Source: Laetmonice hystrix | Lineage: Eukaryota | Assembly (NCBI GenBank): GCA_965235115.1 | Contig: OZ249436.1 | Coordinates: 23,872,001-23,936,000, forward strand | Direction of reading: 5' to 3' | Length of the DNA stretch: 64,000 nt | Part shown: in pieces, positions 1 to 14,000 of the stretch | Numbering within the stretch: position 1 is the first letter of the stretch | Layout of the letters: every line of letters starts with the position of its first letter | Program-made: the position numbers and the translations under genes | Notes under the pieces: generated by a model | Told to the model about the DNA's origin: nothing | The model's database searches: none | The model's input: only the letters and a program-made list of their open reading frames with translations

Positions 1-1434
1 AGGTAATCCTGGCACTGGCGTAGACTGTATTTTTCTTTTGAAATGCACGGGCATCAGGGGTAACCCAATTACTTTGACAATGTCCCTAAAGAGAAAAGTT
101 GTATAGTCCTCTACAGGAATCGAACCCAGGCCCTAAGATTACTGCACCCATTCGCATAGCACAAGGTGTCGACATATGTGATTAGGGCCCTATATACCCC
201 ACCTGACTGTATTTTTATTTTGAAATGCACGGGCATCAGGGGTAACCCAATTAAATGATTAGGTCCCTATATACCCCACTTGACTGTACTGATTCGGTTC
301 CTATATACGCCACCTGACTGTAATGATTAGGTCCCTATATACTCCACTGACTGTATTTTTCTTTTGAAATGCACGGGCATCAGGGGTAACCCAATTACTT
401 TGACAATGTCCATAAAGAGAAAAGTTGTATAGTCATCTACAGGAATCGAACCCAGGCCCTAAGATTACTGCACCCATTCGCATAGCATAAGGTGTCGACA
501 TCCATGCCCACTAGGCCACTGACTGTATTTTTCTTTTGAAATGCACGGGCATCAGGGGTAACCCAATTACTTTGACAATGTCCCTAAAGAGAAAAGTTGT
601 ATAGTCCTCTACAGGAATCGAACCCAGGCCCTAAGATTACTGCACCCATTCGCATAGCATAAGGTGTCGACATCCATGCCCACTAGGCCACCGCCACTCC
701 CCTAAAAAAGGAGCTTTGGTGGTCGAGCAGGACAATGGACCCTCCCCCCTACACACATCTTTTTTAAATGAGACGGAATCCATATTTTCCTAGTTAGAGC
801 TACACATGATTTCTACCGAACATTGACTGTTAAGGTAATCCTGGCACTGGCGTAGACTGTATTTTTCTTTTGAAATGCACGGGCATCAGGGGTAACCCAA
901 TTACTTTGACAATGTCCCTAAAGAGAAAAGTTGTATAGTCCTCTACAGGAATCGAACCCAGGCCCTAAGATTACTGCACCCATTCGCATAGCATAAGGTG
1001 TCGACATCCATGCCCACTAGGCCACCGCCACTCCCCTAAAAAAGGAGCTTTGTGATTAGGTCCCTATATACCCCACCTGACTGTAATGATTAGGTCCCTA
1101 TATACCTCACTTGACTGTATTTTTCTTTTTCTGAAATGCACGGGCATCAGGGGTAACCCAATTACTTTGACAATGTCCATAAAGAGAAAAGTTGTATAGT
1201 CATCTACAGGAATCGAACCCAGGCCCTAAGATTACTGCACCCATTCGCATAGCATAAGGTGTCGACATCCATGCCCACTAGGCCACTGACTGTAGTGATT
1301 AGGTCCCTATATACCCAACCTGACTGTAATGATTAGGTCCCTATATACCTCACTTGACTGTATTTTTCTTTTTCTGAAATGCACGGGCATCAGGGGTAAC
1401 CCAATTACTTTGACAATGTCCCTAAAGAGAAAAA
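1..1434 (-). mobile_element. Cluster of tRNA-derived SINE-like copies (longest unit 334 bp, 521-854) interspersed with a 34-bp tandem repeat
   Basis: Six copies share one invariant end (+ strand GACTGTATTTTTCTTTTGAAATGCACGGG at 23, 205, 349, 521, 855, 1113) and a seventh starts at 1356; the other end is variably truncated. The minus strand has A-box TGGCCTAGTGG and B-box GGTTCGATTCC. The spacer repeat is TGATTAGGTCCCTATATACCCCACCTGACTGTAA. Confidence 0.6.
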
Positions 1435-1635
1435 ACGGGGAAAAAAAGGAGAAAAAACGGAATATGTGAAGTGAAAGCAGGCCACGGTTACGCCAGAAGT
1501 GATTCTACCTATGCTGAAGGCTGCAGGAGTGTTCAACTTTATTCCTTAACAGTGTAACTTGTTGAAGCATTTCAATTATACGAAGAACATTGAGCTATCC
1601 ACCAAAGTTGTCAAGCAAATCACCAAGTATGAAAA

Positions 1636-1977
1636 GGGCATCAATAAACAGCGAACTAAGCGAACTGAACGAACTGAGGGAACTGAGATCGATTAGTTGT
1701 GCAACAAGCGAGTGACTTCAGGTGTGACGTCACGGCCGGAAGTTATTGACTATTTTAACAACAGTTTTGGGACTAAAATAACAGTAACCCTAGGCCTAAC
1801 CTTTACCCTAACCCAAACACACTATTTCGTGGAGGAATTAGTCAAACTAATTTAGGTCTGCTGTTTCCATGTTGGTGCCAATAGCCAGTCCCTATGGGGA
1901 ATCCCCCCAGGCATAACGAGACGATCTCAGCTCGTTCAGTTCGTTCAGTTCTTTCAGTTCACTGTTTATTGATGCCC
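1636..1977. mobile_element. MITE with ~57-bp imperfect TIRs
   Basis: GGGCATCAATAAACAG...GAGATCG (1636-1692) is inverted at CGATCTC...CTGTTTATTGATGCCC (1922-1977). Flanks gtatgaaaa / gtattaaag match 7/9 (degenerate 9-bp TSD). A TAACCC-like tract lies inside at ~1785-1817. Confidence 0.75.
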
Positions 1978-3924
1978 GTATTAAAGCTACTGATGTGCAA
2001 CAAGCCTTTTCCAAATCAACACGAGTGGTTCAGTCATCAAATATATGTTTAACTCAAACATAAGTATATCTGTGGACTTCGCGTATGGTATCCCCACTAT
2101 TTTCAAATAATAATAAACTTTTACAATTTTACATTTCTGTTATTTACTTTACCGACCCTATATTATCACATTTCAGTTATATATTCAGTATTACAAAAGA
2201 CGAGGCAGAAAATACATCCAAACTGCCCAAAGGTGCAACCTTGAATGATTTAAACTTGAAATACTATGAAAAACAGTTATATATTCACTACTTTCTTAGT
2301 CATAAATTACACCACCCTCTACCCTCTTTCATAGTCCCCCATTCGACTTCTTCTGTAAAATGCAACACCTTCATGACAACCATTATGGCCTGATTAACAA
2401 GGAGTGTCGTGGAATACCATTCATTACAGAAACTTTCACCATTTTTCAGACGTGGGCCAGGGCACACGGCCATGGATCAATCATTTTCCTGTTTAATACA
2501 ATCTTCACAATTGCTCCGGACAATTGATCGCGCAGACCTGTCAAAAAAAAAATACCCAAACGCCATACCTTATTAATGCGAAGCACATTTTATGTGAACC
2601 GTACCAAATACACAATAAATTTCGTTACGAAAATGTCTTTTGCAGAAGGTATTATTCAACCATTCAATGTTCCTCTTCTAATGATTCATGTTAACGATTA
2701 GAAAAAAGTAGGCTTTCTTTGCAGCACTTGGAAACGGAACAGAAATCTCAGGGAAGGTCCTAATAAAACAATTCTATGCTTACACACCCATATTGACTTT
2801 CCAAATTGATTTCCCCTATTACTGCAAGATTGCGTACTCAGAATGAACATGTATTAAGAAAACAGATTAGGCCTACATTATGATTATGAAATGTACTTTC
2901 AGGTACGCCTACATAAGACAGTAGGATTATACATGCATCAAGAAGCGAAACGGACCTACAATACATCACCGAAACAAATTCCAGGTCTTCCAAACTGAAA
3001 TATCATATACACGTTAGTTGAAAATGAAGGTCTTCCTTTTCACCCTTAATAGACCAAAAACTGACGAAAAAAATCCTTCGGTGCCACCGGCTTGGTCCTT
3101 GCCGCATACACTGGACTATTTTTTCTACTTGTTATAATAAACTCTCAGTGGCCGGTTATCGTGACTGGGTCGTCTAGCGAAGGGGCGATCATACCATGCA
3201 TTGTTTTTCATCAATCGGTAGGACATGCCCCCACAGAATCGGTGTGTAGCGGAGGAGGCTTGCAGTTAGCATTATTGCCTACAGCTAACCATGATGTGCA
3301 GTGGTTCAGCTTCAATATTGTAAGGATATTGCAGGTAACCCCATTTTGCATCATATGAGAGGGGGTAGATGTTGAGACTTTAAACATGCTACCTACCTTT
3401 TTGCATAACCTTGCAAAATACCTTTATCACAACCAGTGTTGTAATGAATATTCCTAAAAATCCTATAATAATCTGCGATTGAGGTTTCCTCATCCTGACA
3501 TAAGAGATGGTCAAATGAAAGGGATGACCAGAGAAAACTACTAACATTGTCTTAAAGTTGTCATGATCAATTCTTCTCGAAATCCTTCTCACCTCAACAA
3601 TAGACATTATCTGCATCTGCATAAAACTGAGAATCACAACCTCGGAATATTACTGCCTTTGGACTACACGACACCATGTCATAATTTAATACTAACTCTA
3701 CATCATGCTGAACACCTTTATACTCGTCAGACTTTTTTGTCATCCATGCCATAAATGTTGGCTTGTCATCCATGCCATAAATGTTGGCTTAACAGTACAC
3801 ATGAACACTACAGAATACAACCCAGCCGTTATATGGTCTGATGAATGTTGACGTGCAGCCGGCAGTAGCAGACCAGATCTTAAAAATGGAAGCGCCATGG
3901 TTATATTCTTGTGGCTACTTTTCT

Positions 3925-3990
3925 TCAGGTTGAGCGTTTTTTCTTTAATGTGCCTATAGCTGGATCTGGTCGTAGGTCACGGTACATTAT
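3925..3990 (-). CDS. MCTP: Last coding exon of multiple C2 and transmembrane domain-containing protein (MCTP1/2-like)
   Basis: Acceptor ...gatgttgcag then IMYRDLRPDPAIGTLKKKRST* (TGA at 3927-3925), phase 0 with the upstream exon. Resembles the MCTP1 C-terminus as I recall it (VQYQELKPDP...KRKK). Confidence 0.88.
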   Translation of the reverse strand: MMYRDLRPDPAIGTLKKKRST

Positions 3991-4358
3991 CTGCAACATC
4001 ACAACATAGAGGTATACATTTCTTCACATCAACTCGTTTTTTTGCAACAAACATTTCTATGGAGAATTTATATTAAGCTTTAAAAGGTTATGCTGTTAAT
4101 TGGTCAATTTTATGGTCAAACTATAAGACAGGAAGTGGCAAAACACAAAAGGCATATCAACTAATTTGTTGTGAATGGAATCTTGGGAGCGATCTTTGGC
4201 GGGAACCTTTGGTAAAGATACAATTTTTCCTACAATCTTTATGAAATTAACAATCGGTTAACATGCAAACATAATAATAAATTATAAAGAAATAAGGTAA
4301 TATCTTCAATCAGATATATCAACTAACGTCCACATTTTCACATAAAAATAATACTTAC

Positions 4359-4456
4359 CAATTCCTTATCAGATGGAACCCTGGATAAGTAGTCCAGTAT
4401 TTCATTGTTTGGAATGGCATTTGGTGCTCGTAATTTCTTTGTGAATTTGTTTACAC
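4359..4456 (-). CDS. MCTP: Penultimate coding exon (98 bp) of MCTP1/2-like gene
   Basis: Acceptor ttttctttcag and donor gtaagt. Encodes (G)[32 protein letters not shown], close to the recalled MCTP1 motif [30 protein letters not shown]. Not in the ORF track because it is a short spliced exon. Confidence 0.92.
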
Positions 4457-4699
4457 CTGAAAGAAAACATGCAAGGATTTTATGTACTGTTGAGAAGTCA
4501 ATTCGAGTAGCAAATTAACATTACAGAATTACTGCCACTCAACAGAGCAGAAACCCCCTTCAAAATTTTCACAACACAGGAAATGGGATTATGAAATCAT
4601 CAGGCTTCTTCCTCCCTTTCATGGAATAAGAAAATCCCATTTCTGTGCTCTTGTCAAAACTATTATTTTCCCCCCTCACAAATTGATCTTTTGTAGCCT

Positions 4700-7600
4700 A
4701 ACTTTGCGCATACCTTTACGTACTCTTTCATTTAGGACCATTATTTCTTAGGTCACGTTACCTATGACGTCATAATGAGATCATCCGTATTTAATAAGTG
4801 TTATAACTTGTAAATGGTTGAAGTTAGAGCCATACTTACTATTAAACACTATTTAGGTAGTCATGTTCATTCATTTGGCACAATAATTTTTTTAGTCACG
4901 TGACCTATGACGTCATAATGATGTCATTTATATGTTTTTAGGGTAATAACTTGTAAATGGTTGAAGTTAAAGCCATAGTTACTATTAGACAGTAATAGGA
5001 AGTCACATATGCTCTTTCATTATACGCCTTTATTTTTTTAGTCACGTGACATATTGTAAAATGGGCATGTATAATGTGTAATGTGTAAGGTATATATATA
5101 TAACCTACACTATTATATTTTTATATTATCAATCACGTACTTTATATTATCATTTATATAATCTTGTATTTTACATATTATATAATCATGTCTTTCATAT
5201 AATCTTGTAACCAATATTTTAGAGTTAATCGTCTTAAATCTCCCGTCCATATATTTGAGTCTGATCACAAGATCGGAGGTATTTTTATGGCCAGCGTGGG
5301 AAGCGACTGGGGTTGAACCATTTTATGACTTGTGAGGTGAGGGACCCTACTGAGGGTGACGGGAGCTATTCAATAAAAGGCGGTTGAGACAGGCAGCAGG
5401 CAGGCATTTTTCTGGAGACTTCCTCAAAACACTTCTGGAGACACTTCTCCTACAAGCTTCTACAAATCGTTGAGATGCCTGCTGCCTGGTCACACCATAT
5501 ATAACTGGTAAACTTGTTTTAATGTTTTAATTATTTAAGTAAGTGTGCGACGGTATCGAGAGTGAGACGATAGCCTCCTGATGCCGTGGCGCATTCTACA
5601 ATATGATGTCATAAGGAGGTTGACCTATTACCTTTGACATATATAACAAATTTTTACGAAATTCTATGAAACTGAACTCATGCAAGGACATTAGTGGCCT
5701 TAGTACAGATAAGCATGGCATAAGCGATTTAACTTATATTGAGGGAGTCACGTGACCTCAAATTTGAGAAAGATTGCCAAGAAAGCAGTATAGCACTATA
5801 ACTCAACAACGGTGCAAGATAGAGGCAAAGTTACTATAGAATATGTATAGGACACCATAATACGAGCTCAACGACAACGTCGAGATCATAATGAAGGCTG
5901 AACGAGGATGGCTATAGTGTTAGCATTAAGTCAGTGAACTGGCCTGCATCTCATTAGCCAATATTAAAGCGACGACAAATAGCTATATCACATAGGGCTG
6001 TACTGGTAGACCAATCCTATACCTTGCACCTTGGACCTCTAAAAAATTCAGAACAAAACGATCAAAAAAGTAATCATTAAAAACCCACCACTACTCCTCA
6101 CCGGCCCTTCTCTGCCATCTTGTGCCAAGAACATGGAGTTCCCCACTTGGCAAATGACGTCACTTGTGCGTACCCCATTTCATGTGGACACCATGGAATT
6201 TGGTACTCTGGGAACTCTGCTCACGAGTCAGCAGCAGCGACCGAGAGCCGCCAACATAATTATAGCGCTGGTCTTCAGTCTTTTTGGATTGAGTGCAGCC
6301 GATGGCCACACAACCTGGCATGCTGACTCAGTCGACAGTCCCTACCAGGGGCGGATCCAGAGACAAGGCCTGACTGTAGCTCAGGACTGACATCTCAGAC
6401 TGTAGCTGAGGGTGACGGTCAGAAGCCGTGAACAGCTCCAAAGCAATGCTGGGGCGGGGGTGGGGTGGAGGGCTGACTGTCGCTCAAGCCGCCTGCGGCT
6501 GAGCGATAGTCTAGATCCGCTACTGCGCTACTACCTCGTGTGTAGGCCTACACACTATCCCGAACCTTTCCCTGTCTCGACTCCACTAGTCTCCAGTCCT
6601 TTTTAAACTTGGACTAAAGTCCAAACGACTTGTAAAGTTCTATAGGAGGCCTGTAGACGCGTATGAAAGATACCAAGTTTTACCCAAGTATGGACGTCAC
6701 CTATATTTTCCCAGGGCCATAACTTGTCACTGGTTGAAGATAGAGCCATAGTTACTATTAAACACCAATAGGAAGTCATATATGCTCCTTCATTATACAC
6801 CTTCATTTTCCAGGTCACGTGACCTATGACGTCAGAGCAAGGTCGCCAATATGTTCATAGGGCTATAACTTGTAAACGGTGCCAGATAGGGCCATAGTTA
6901 CTATTTAACACGAATAGGAAATTTTATGGTCTTTCATTTGACACCATTATTTTGTGGGTCACGTGACCTATGACGTCATAACGACGTCACCTATATTTTC
7001 CCAGGGCCATAACTTGTAAATGGTTGAAGATAGAGCCATAGTTACTGTTAAACACTAATAGGAAGTCATATGCTCTTTCATTATACACCTTCATTTTCCA
7101 GGTCACGTGACCTATGACGTCATAAGGATGTCATTGACATTTTCTCGGGGCTATAACTTGTAAACGGTGCCAGGTAGAGCCATAGTTACTCTTGAACACG
7201 AATAGGAGGTCATATATGGTCTTTCATTTGGCACCATTGTTTTGTAGGTCACGTGTCCGTCACGTGGCCTATGACGTCATAACGAAGTCACCAATATTTT
7301 CTGGGGGCTATAACTTGTAAATCGTTGAAAATAGAGCCATAGTTACTATTAAACATGAATAGGAAGCCATGATCTTTCATTATACACTTTCATTTTCCAG
7401 GTCACGTGACCTATGACGTCATAAGAATGTCATTGGCATTTTCCCAGGTCTATAACTTGTAAATGGTTGAAGATTGAGCCATAGTTACTAGTAAACCCTA
7501 ATATGAAGTCATATATACATGCCCTTTGATTAGGCACCCATAATTTTCAAGTCACAAGACCTATAAGACTGAGCCATAGTTACTAGTAAACCCTTATATG

Positions 7601-8050
7601 AAGTCATATATATATATGTATGCTCTTTTATTATGCACCCATAATTTTCAAGTCACGTGACCTATGACGTCATAGCAAGATAGCCAATATTTTCCCAGGG
7701 CTATAACTTGTAAATGGTTGAAGATACTGCCATAGTTACTATTGAACACGAATAGAAAGTCATATATGATCTTTCCTTTGCCACCTTTATTTTTTAGGTC
7801 ACGTGACCTATGACGTCAGAAGGAGGTCACCTACATTTTGCCAGGGTTATAATTTGTAAATGTTTGAAGATAGAGCCATAGTTACTATTAAACACGAATA
7901 GGAAGTCATATATGCTCTTTCATTATACACCTTCATTTTTCAGGTCACGTGACCTATGACGTCATACCTAGGTCGCCAATCTTTTCCCAGGGCTATAGGG
8001 TTTTGTACGTCACGTGACCTATGATTTCATAAGGAGGTCAGCTATATATT
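4700..8050 (+). mobile_element. Degenerate or truncated non-autonomous Helentron bodies with 146-bp repeats
   Basis: Diverged monomers at ~4740-5050 and ~5690-5850, then an array at ~6690-8045 that runs into a partial 5' head at 8052 with no 3' tail. Confidence 0.65.
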
Positions 8051-11000
8051 AGTCAGGGGATGGGATCTTGAAATTGTCTGGTTTCGTCTTCCCTATTATT
8101 ATTATCCCATCCCCCGTCAGGGGATGGGATCTTGTCCCATCCCCCGTCAGGGGATGGGATCTTGAAATTGTCTGGTTTCGTCTTCCCTATTATTATCCCA
8201 TCCCCACGGAGGGGATGGGATTTTGAAATTGTAGTTGTGGGCTGTTGTTAGACACTATGTCTATCTCAGTCATTTTTCAAGATATCTCAACCAAACTTAG
8301 TACACATCTTGACCATGACGAAGTCTGGTCCCACAATGAGTCATGACGTCACGTGACGTCACGTCATGACGTCAATTTTTTTGGGACATTGGGGGCCATT
8401 TTTAATGTTCATATTGGGAATTTACAAAATCTATCATGGAGTTTTGATCAGGCAAGGGTCCTGTCTCAAAGCGACCCTTCATTTGACCTTTGACCTTTGA
8501 CCTTAGGGAGAACTGGCTCTTGGGTCAGAATCCTTTTGAATCGCTACTCCTTCCCCATTTCTTTGTATAATTGGACAATATCTGGTAGTACCATACTACA
8601 ACGAAAGGTTCAAACCCCACAAAGAGGGATTAGAGATTTGACCTATATTCACTGAACCACGTGACATTGAAGTTTTGAATAGTGCCAATTTTAGATATCT
8701 ATGGCTAAAACTCGAAGATGCTTGTCTATTAGGGCCATGTTTTTTATTGTACACAGATAGGAAGTGATATGCTCTTTCATTTGGCACCATAATTTTTAAG
8801 GGTTTACGCCCTATTTACTGAACCACGTGACCTGCAAGTTTAAAGTTAGGTCATTTGGAAGATTCCTGGCTGTAACTCTTGAAAGCTTTAAGGCAGAGCC
8901 ATAATTGTTCATGAATTTTATGAAGGGCTTTTAACAACACAAAACATACAAAGAGGGATTAGCGATTTGACCTATATTTGCTGAACCACGTGACCTTAAA
9001 GTTTTCAACAGGGGTCAGTTTAGATATTTATGGGTATAACTTGTAAACGGTGTCAGATAGGGTCATAGTTACTATTGAACATGAATAGGAAATCATATAT
9101 GGGCTTTCATTTGACACCATTATTTTGGAGGTCACGTGACCTATGACGTCATAACGACGTCACCTATAATTTCCCAGGGTTATAACTTGTAAATGGTTGA
9201 AGATAGAGCCATAGTTACTATTAAACACTAATAGGAAGTCATATATGATCTTTCATTATACACCTTCATTTTCCAGGTCATGTGACCTATGACGTCATAA
9301 GGATGTCATTGACATTTTCTCATGGCTTTAACTTGTAAACGGTGCCAGATAGAGCCATAGTTACTCTTGAACACGAATAGGAAGTCATATATGGTCTTTC
9401 ATTTGGCACCATTGTTTATGTAGGTCACGTGACGTATGACGTCATAAACGTCACCTATATTTTCCCAGGGCCATAACTTGTAAATGGTTGAAGATAGAGC
9501 CATAGTTACTATTAAACACTAATAGGAAGTCATATATGCTCTTTTATTATACACCTTCATTTTCCAGGTCACGTGCCCTATGACGTCATAAGGATGTCAT
9601 TGACATTTTCTCAGGGCTATAACTTGTAAACTGTGCCAGATAGAGCCATAGTTACTCTTGAACCCGAATAGGAAGTGATATATGGTCTTTCTTTTGGGAC
9701 CTTTGTTTTTTAAGTCACGTGACCCATGACGTCTTAACGACGTCACCTATATTTTCCCAGGGCCATAACTTGTAAATGGTTGAAGATAGAGCCATAGTTA
9801 CTATTAAACACTAATAGAAAGTCATATATACTCTTTCATTATACACCTTCATTTTCCAGGTCACGTGACTTATTACGTCAGAGCAAGGTCGCCAATATGT
9901 TCTCTGGGCCATAACTTGTAAACGGTGCCAGATAGGGCCATAGTTACTATTCAACACAAATAGGAAGTCATATATGGTCTTTCATTTGAGACCATTATTT
10001 TTCGGGTCACGTGACCTGTGACGTCATAACGACGTCACCTATATTTGCCCAGCGCGATAACTTGTAAATGGTTGAAGATATAGCCATAGTTAGTATTAAA
10101 CAGTAATAGGAAGTCATATGTACTCTTTCATTATAGACCTTCATTTTCCAGGTCACGTGACCTATGACGTCATAAGAATGTCATTGGCATTTTCTAAGGG
10201 CTATAACTTGTAAATGGTTGAAGATTGAGCCATAGTTACTAGTAAACCCTAATATGAAGTCATATATACATGCTCTTTCATTATGCACCCATGATTTTCC
10301 AGTCAGGTGACCCATGACGTCATAGCAAGGTCGCCAATATGTTCCCAGGGCTATAACTTGTAAACGGTGCCAGATAGGGGCATAGCTACTATTGAACACG
10401 AATAGGAAGTCATATATGGTCTTTCATTTGGCACCATTGTTTTGTACGTCACGTGACCTATGACGTCATAAGGAGGTCACCTATATATTCCCTGGGCTAT
10501 AACTTGTAAATGGTTGAAGATGCAGCCATAGTTACTATGACGTCATAAGGATGTCATAAATATTCTCTCAGGGTCATATCTTGACACGTTACCTGGAACT
10601 TCCCAAACACCACTGCCTATGACAGATGTGTCGGGAAGTGTCTGCCTGGAACGTAACTCTACTCAAACTCAATTACAGAAAGGACATGTCACCCCGGGGA
10701 TGGGATCCATCGTGGTCTCGCCACGACATGACTAGTTATCCCATCCCCATGGAGGGGATGGGATCTTGAAATTGTCGGGTTTCGTCTTCCGTATTATTAT
10801 TATCCCATCCCCCGTCAGGGGATGGGATCTTGAAATTGTCTGGTTTCGTCTTCCATATTATTATTATCCCATCCCCCGTCAGGGGATGGGATCTTGAAAT
10901 TGTCTGGTTTCGTCTTCCCTATTATTATCCCATCCCCCGTCAGGGGATGGGATCTTGAAATTGTCTGGTTTCGTCTTCCCTATTATTATTCTTTGCGTCG

Positions 11001-14000
11001 TAGTAGTAGTAGGAGTTAAGACATTTCGTCTATCTCAGTCATTTTTCAAGATATCTCAATCAAACTTGGCACACGTCTTGACCATGACAAAGTCAGGTCA
11101 CACAATCAATCATCACGTCACGTCACGTCACGTCACATCATGACGTCATGACGTCAAACGTGTCTTGCACATTGGGGCCATTTTTTTAAAGTCTTATTCG
11201 AAATTTTCAAAACCCGTCATGGCGTTTTAATCAGGCAAGGGTCCTGTCTCAAGTTGACCCTTCATTTGACCTTTGACCTTTGACCTTAAGGAGAACTGGC
11301 TACTGGGTCAGAATCGGGTTAAATCGCTACCCCTTCCCCATTTCTGGGAAGAATTTGACAATATCTGGCAGTACCCCTCTACATCGAAAGGTTCAAAACA
11401 TACAAAGAGGGATTAGCGATTTGACCTATATTTACTGAACCACGTGACCTTAAAGTTTTCAACAGCGGTCAGTTTAGATATTTATGGGTATAACTTTTAA
11501 ATGGTGCCAGACAGGGCCATAGTTACTATTGAACATGAATAGGAAGTCATATATGGTCTTTCATTTGACACCATTATTTTGTGGGTCACGTGACCTATGA
11601 CGTCAGAACGACGTCACCTATATTTCCCCAGGGCCATAACTTGTAAATGGTTGAAGATAGAGCCATAGTTACTATTAAACACTAATAGGAAGTCATATAT
11701 GCTCTTTCATTAAACACCTTCATTTTTCAGGTCACGTGACCTATGATGTCATAAGGATGTCATTGACATTTTCTCAGGGCTATAACTTGTAAACGGTGCC
11801 AGATAGGGCCATAGTTACTCTTGAACACGAATAGGAAGTCATATATGGTCTTTCATTTGGCACCATTGTTTTGTAGGTCACGTGACCTATGACGTCAGAA
11901 CGACGTCACCTATATTTCCCCAGGGCCATAACTTGTAAATGGTTGAAGATAGAGCCATAGTTACTATTAAACACTAATAGGAAGTCATATATGCTCTTTC
12001 ATCAAACACCTTCATTTTTCAGGTCACGTGACCTATGATGTCATAAGGATGTCATTGACATTTTCTCAGGGCTATAACTTGTAAACGGTGCCAGATAGGG
12101 CGATAGTTACTATTCAACACGAATAGGAAGTCATATATGGTCTTTCATTTGGCACCATTGTTTTGTACGTCACGTGACCTATGACGTCATAAGGAGGTCA
12201 CCTATTCCTTGGGCTATAACTTGTAAATGTTTGAAGATACAGCCATAGTTACTATGACGTCATCAGGATGTCATACATATTCTCTCAGGGCTGTAACTTT
12301 ACTCAAACTCAATATCAGAAGGGACACGTCACCCCGGGGATGGGATCCATCGTGGTCTCGCCACGACATGACTAGTTATCCCATCCCCCGTCAGGTGATG
12401 GGATCTTGAAATTGTCTGGTTTCGTCTTCCCTATTATTATTATCCCATCCCCCGTCAGGGGATGGGATCTTGAAATTGTCTGGTTTCGTCTTCCCTATTA
12501 TTATTCTTTGCGTCGTAGTAGTAGTAGTAGGAGTTAAGACATTTCGTCTATCTCAGTCATTTTTCAAGATATGTCAATCAAACTTGGCACACGTCTTGAC
12601 CATGACAAAGTCAGGTCACACAATCAATCATCACGTCACGTCACGTCACGTCACATCATGACGTCATGACGTCAAACGTGTCTTGCACATTGGGGCCATT
12701 TTTTTTAAAGTCTTATTCGAAATTTTCAAAACCCATCATGGCGTTTTAATCAGGCAAGGGTTCTGTCCCAAGTTGACCCTTCATTTGACCTTTGACCTTT
12801 GACCTTAAGGAGAACTAGCTACTAGGTCAGAATCGGGTTGAATCGCTACCCCTTCCCCATTTCTTGGGAAAATTTGACAATATTTGGTAGTACCACTCTA
12901 CATCGAAAGGTTTAAAACATACAAAGAGGGATTAGCGATTTGACCTATATTTATTGAACCATGTGACCTTAAAGTTTTGAACAGTGGTCAGTTTAGATAT
13001 CTTTGGCTACAACTTGTAAACGGTGCCAGATAAGGCCATAGTTACTATTGAACATGAATAGGAAGTCATATATAGTCTTTCATTTGGCACCATTATTTTG
13101 TAGGTCACGTGACCTATGACGTCATAACGACGTCACCTATATTTTCCCAGGCCCATAACTTGTAAATGGTTGAAGATAGAGCCATAGTTACTATTAAACA
13201 CTAATAGGAAGTCATATATGATCTTTCATTATACACCTTCATTTTCCAGGTCACGTGACCTATGACGTCATAAGGATGTCATTGACATTTTCTCAAGGTT
13301 ATAACTTGTAAACGGTGACAGATAGGGCCATAGTTACTCTTGAACACGAATAGGAAGTCATATATGGTCTTTCATTTGGCACCATTGTTTTGTAGGTCAC
13401 GTGACCTATGACGTCATAGCAAGGTCGCCAATATATTCTCAGGGCTATAACTCGTAAATGGAGCCAGATAGGGCCACAGTTGTTATTGAACATGAATATG
13501 AAGTCATATATGGTCTTTCATTTGACACCATTATTTTGTAGGTCACGTGACCTATGACGTCATAACAACGTCACCTATATTTTTCCAGGGCCATAACTTG
13601 TAAATGGTTGAAGATACAGCCATAGTTACTATTAAACACCAATAGGAAGTCTTATATGCTCTTTCATTTTGCACCCATATTTTTCAAGTCACGTGACCTA
13701 TGACGTCATAACAAGGTCACCTATATTTCCCCAGGGTTATAACTTGTAAATGGTTTAAGATAGAGCCATAGTTACTATTAAACACTAATAGGAAGTCTTA
13801 TATGCTCTTTCATTTTGCACCCATATTTTCCAGGTCACGTGACCTATGACGTCATAGCAAGGTCGCCAATATGTTCCCAGGGCTATAACTTGTAAACGGT
13901 GCCAGATAGGGCCATAGTTACTCTTGAACACGAATAGGAAGTCATATATGGTCTATCATTTGGCACCATTGTTTTGTACGTCACGTGACCTATGACGTCA

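Noticed and set aside
21..70. Hammerhead ribozyme / retrozyme in the 334-bp unit (minus strand CTGATG...GAAA)
   Set aside because: The core reads CTGATGC, not CTGATGA, and I could not form stem II.
1785..1817. Telomeric repeat (TAACCC-like)
   Set aside because: Short, degenerate and internal to a MITE.
2085..3754. Short ORFs downstream of the MCTP stop
   Set aside because: No recognisable motifs; probably 3' UTR or intergenic sequence.
5055..5510. Possible solo LTR (TGT start, AATAAA, 13-bp inverted repeat CAGGCAGCAGGCA/TGCCTGCTGCCTG)
   Set aside because: No clear CA end, TSD or second copy in the window.
10736..10990. Stacked ~62-bp palindromic units resembling a CRISPR array (also 33658-33932)
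   Set aside because: No unique spacers, no cas genes and a eukaryotic context; they are Helentron 5' ends separated by (TAT)n.
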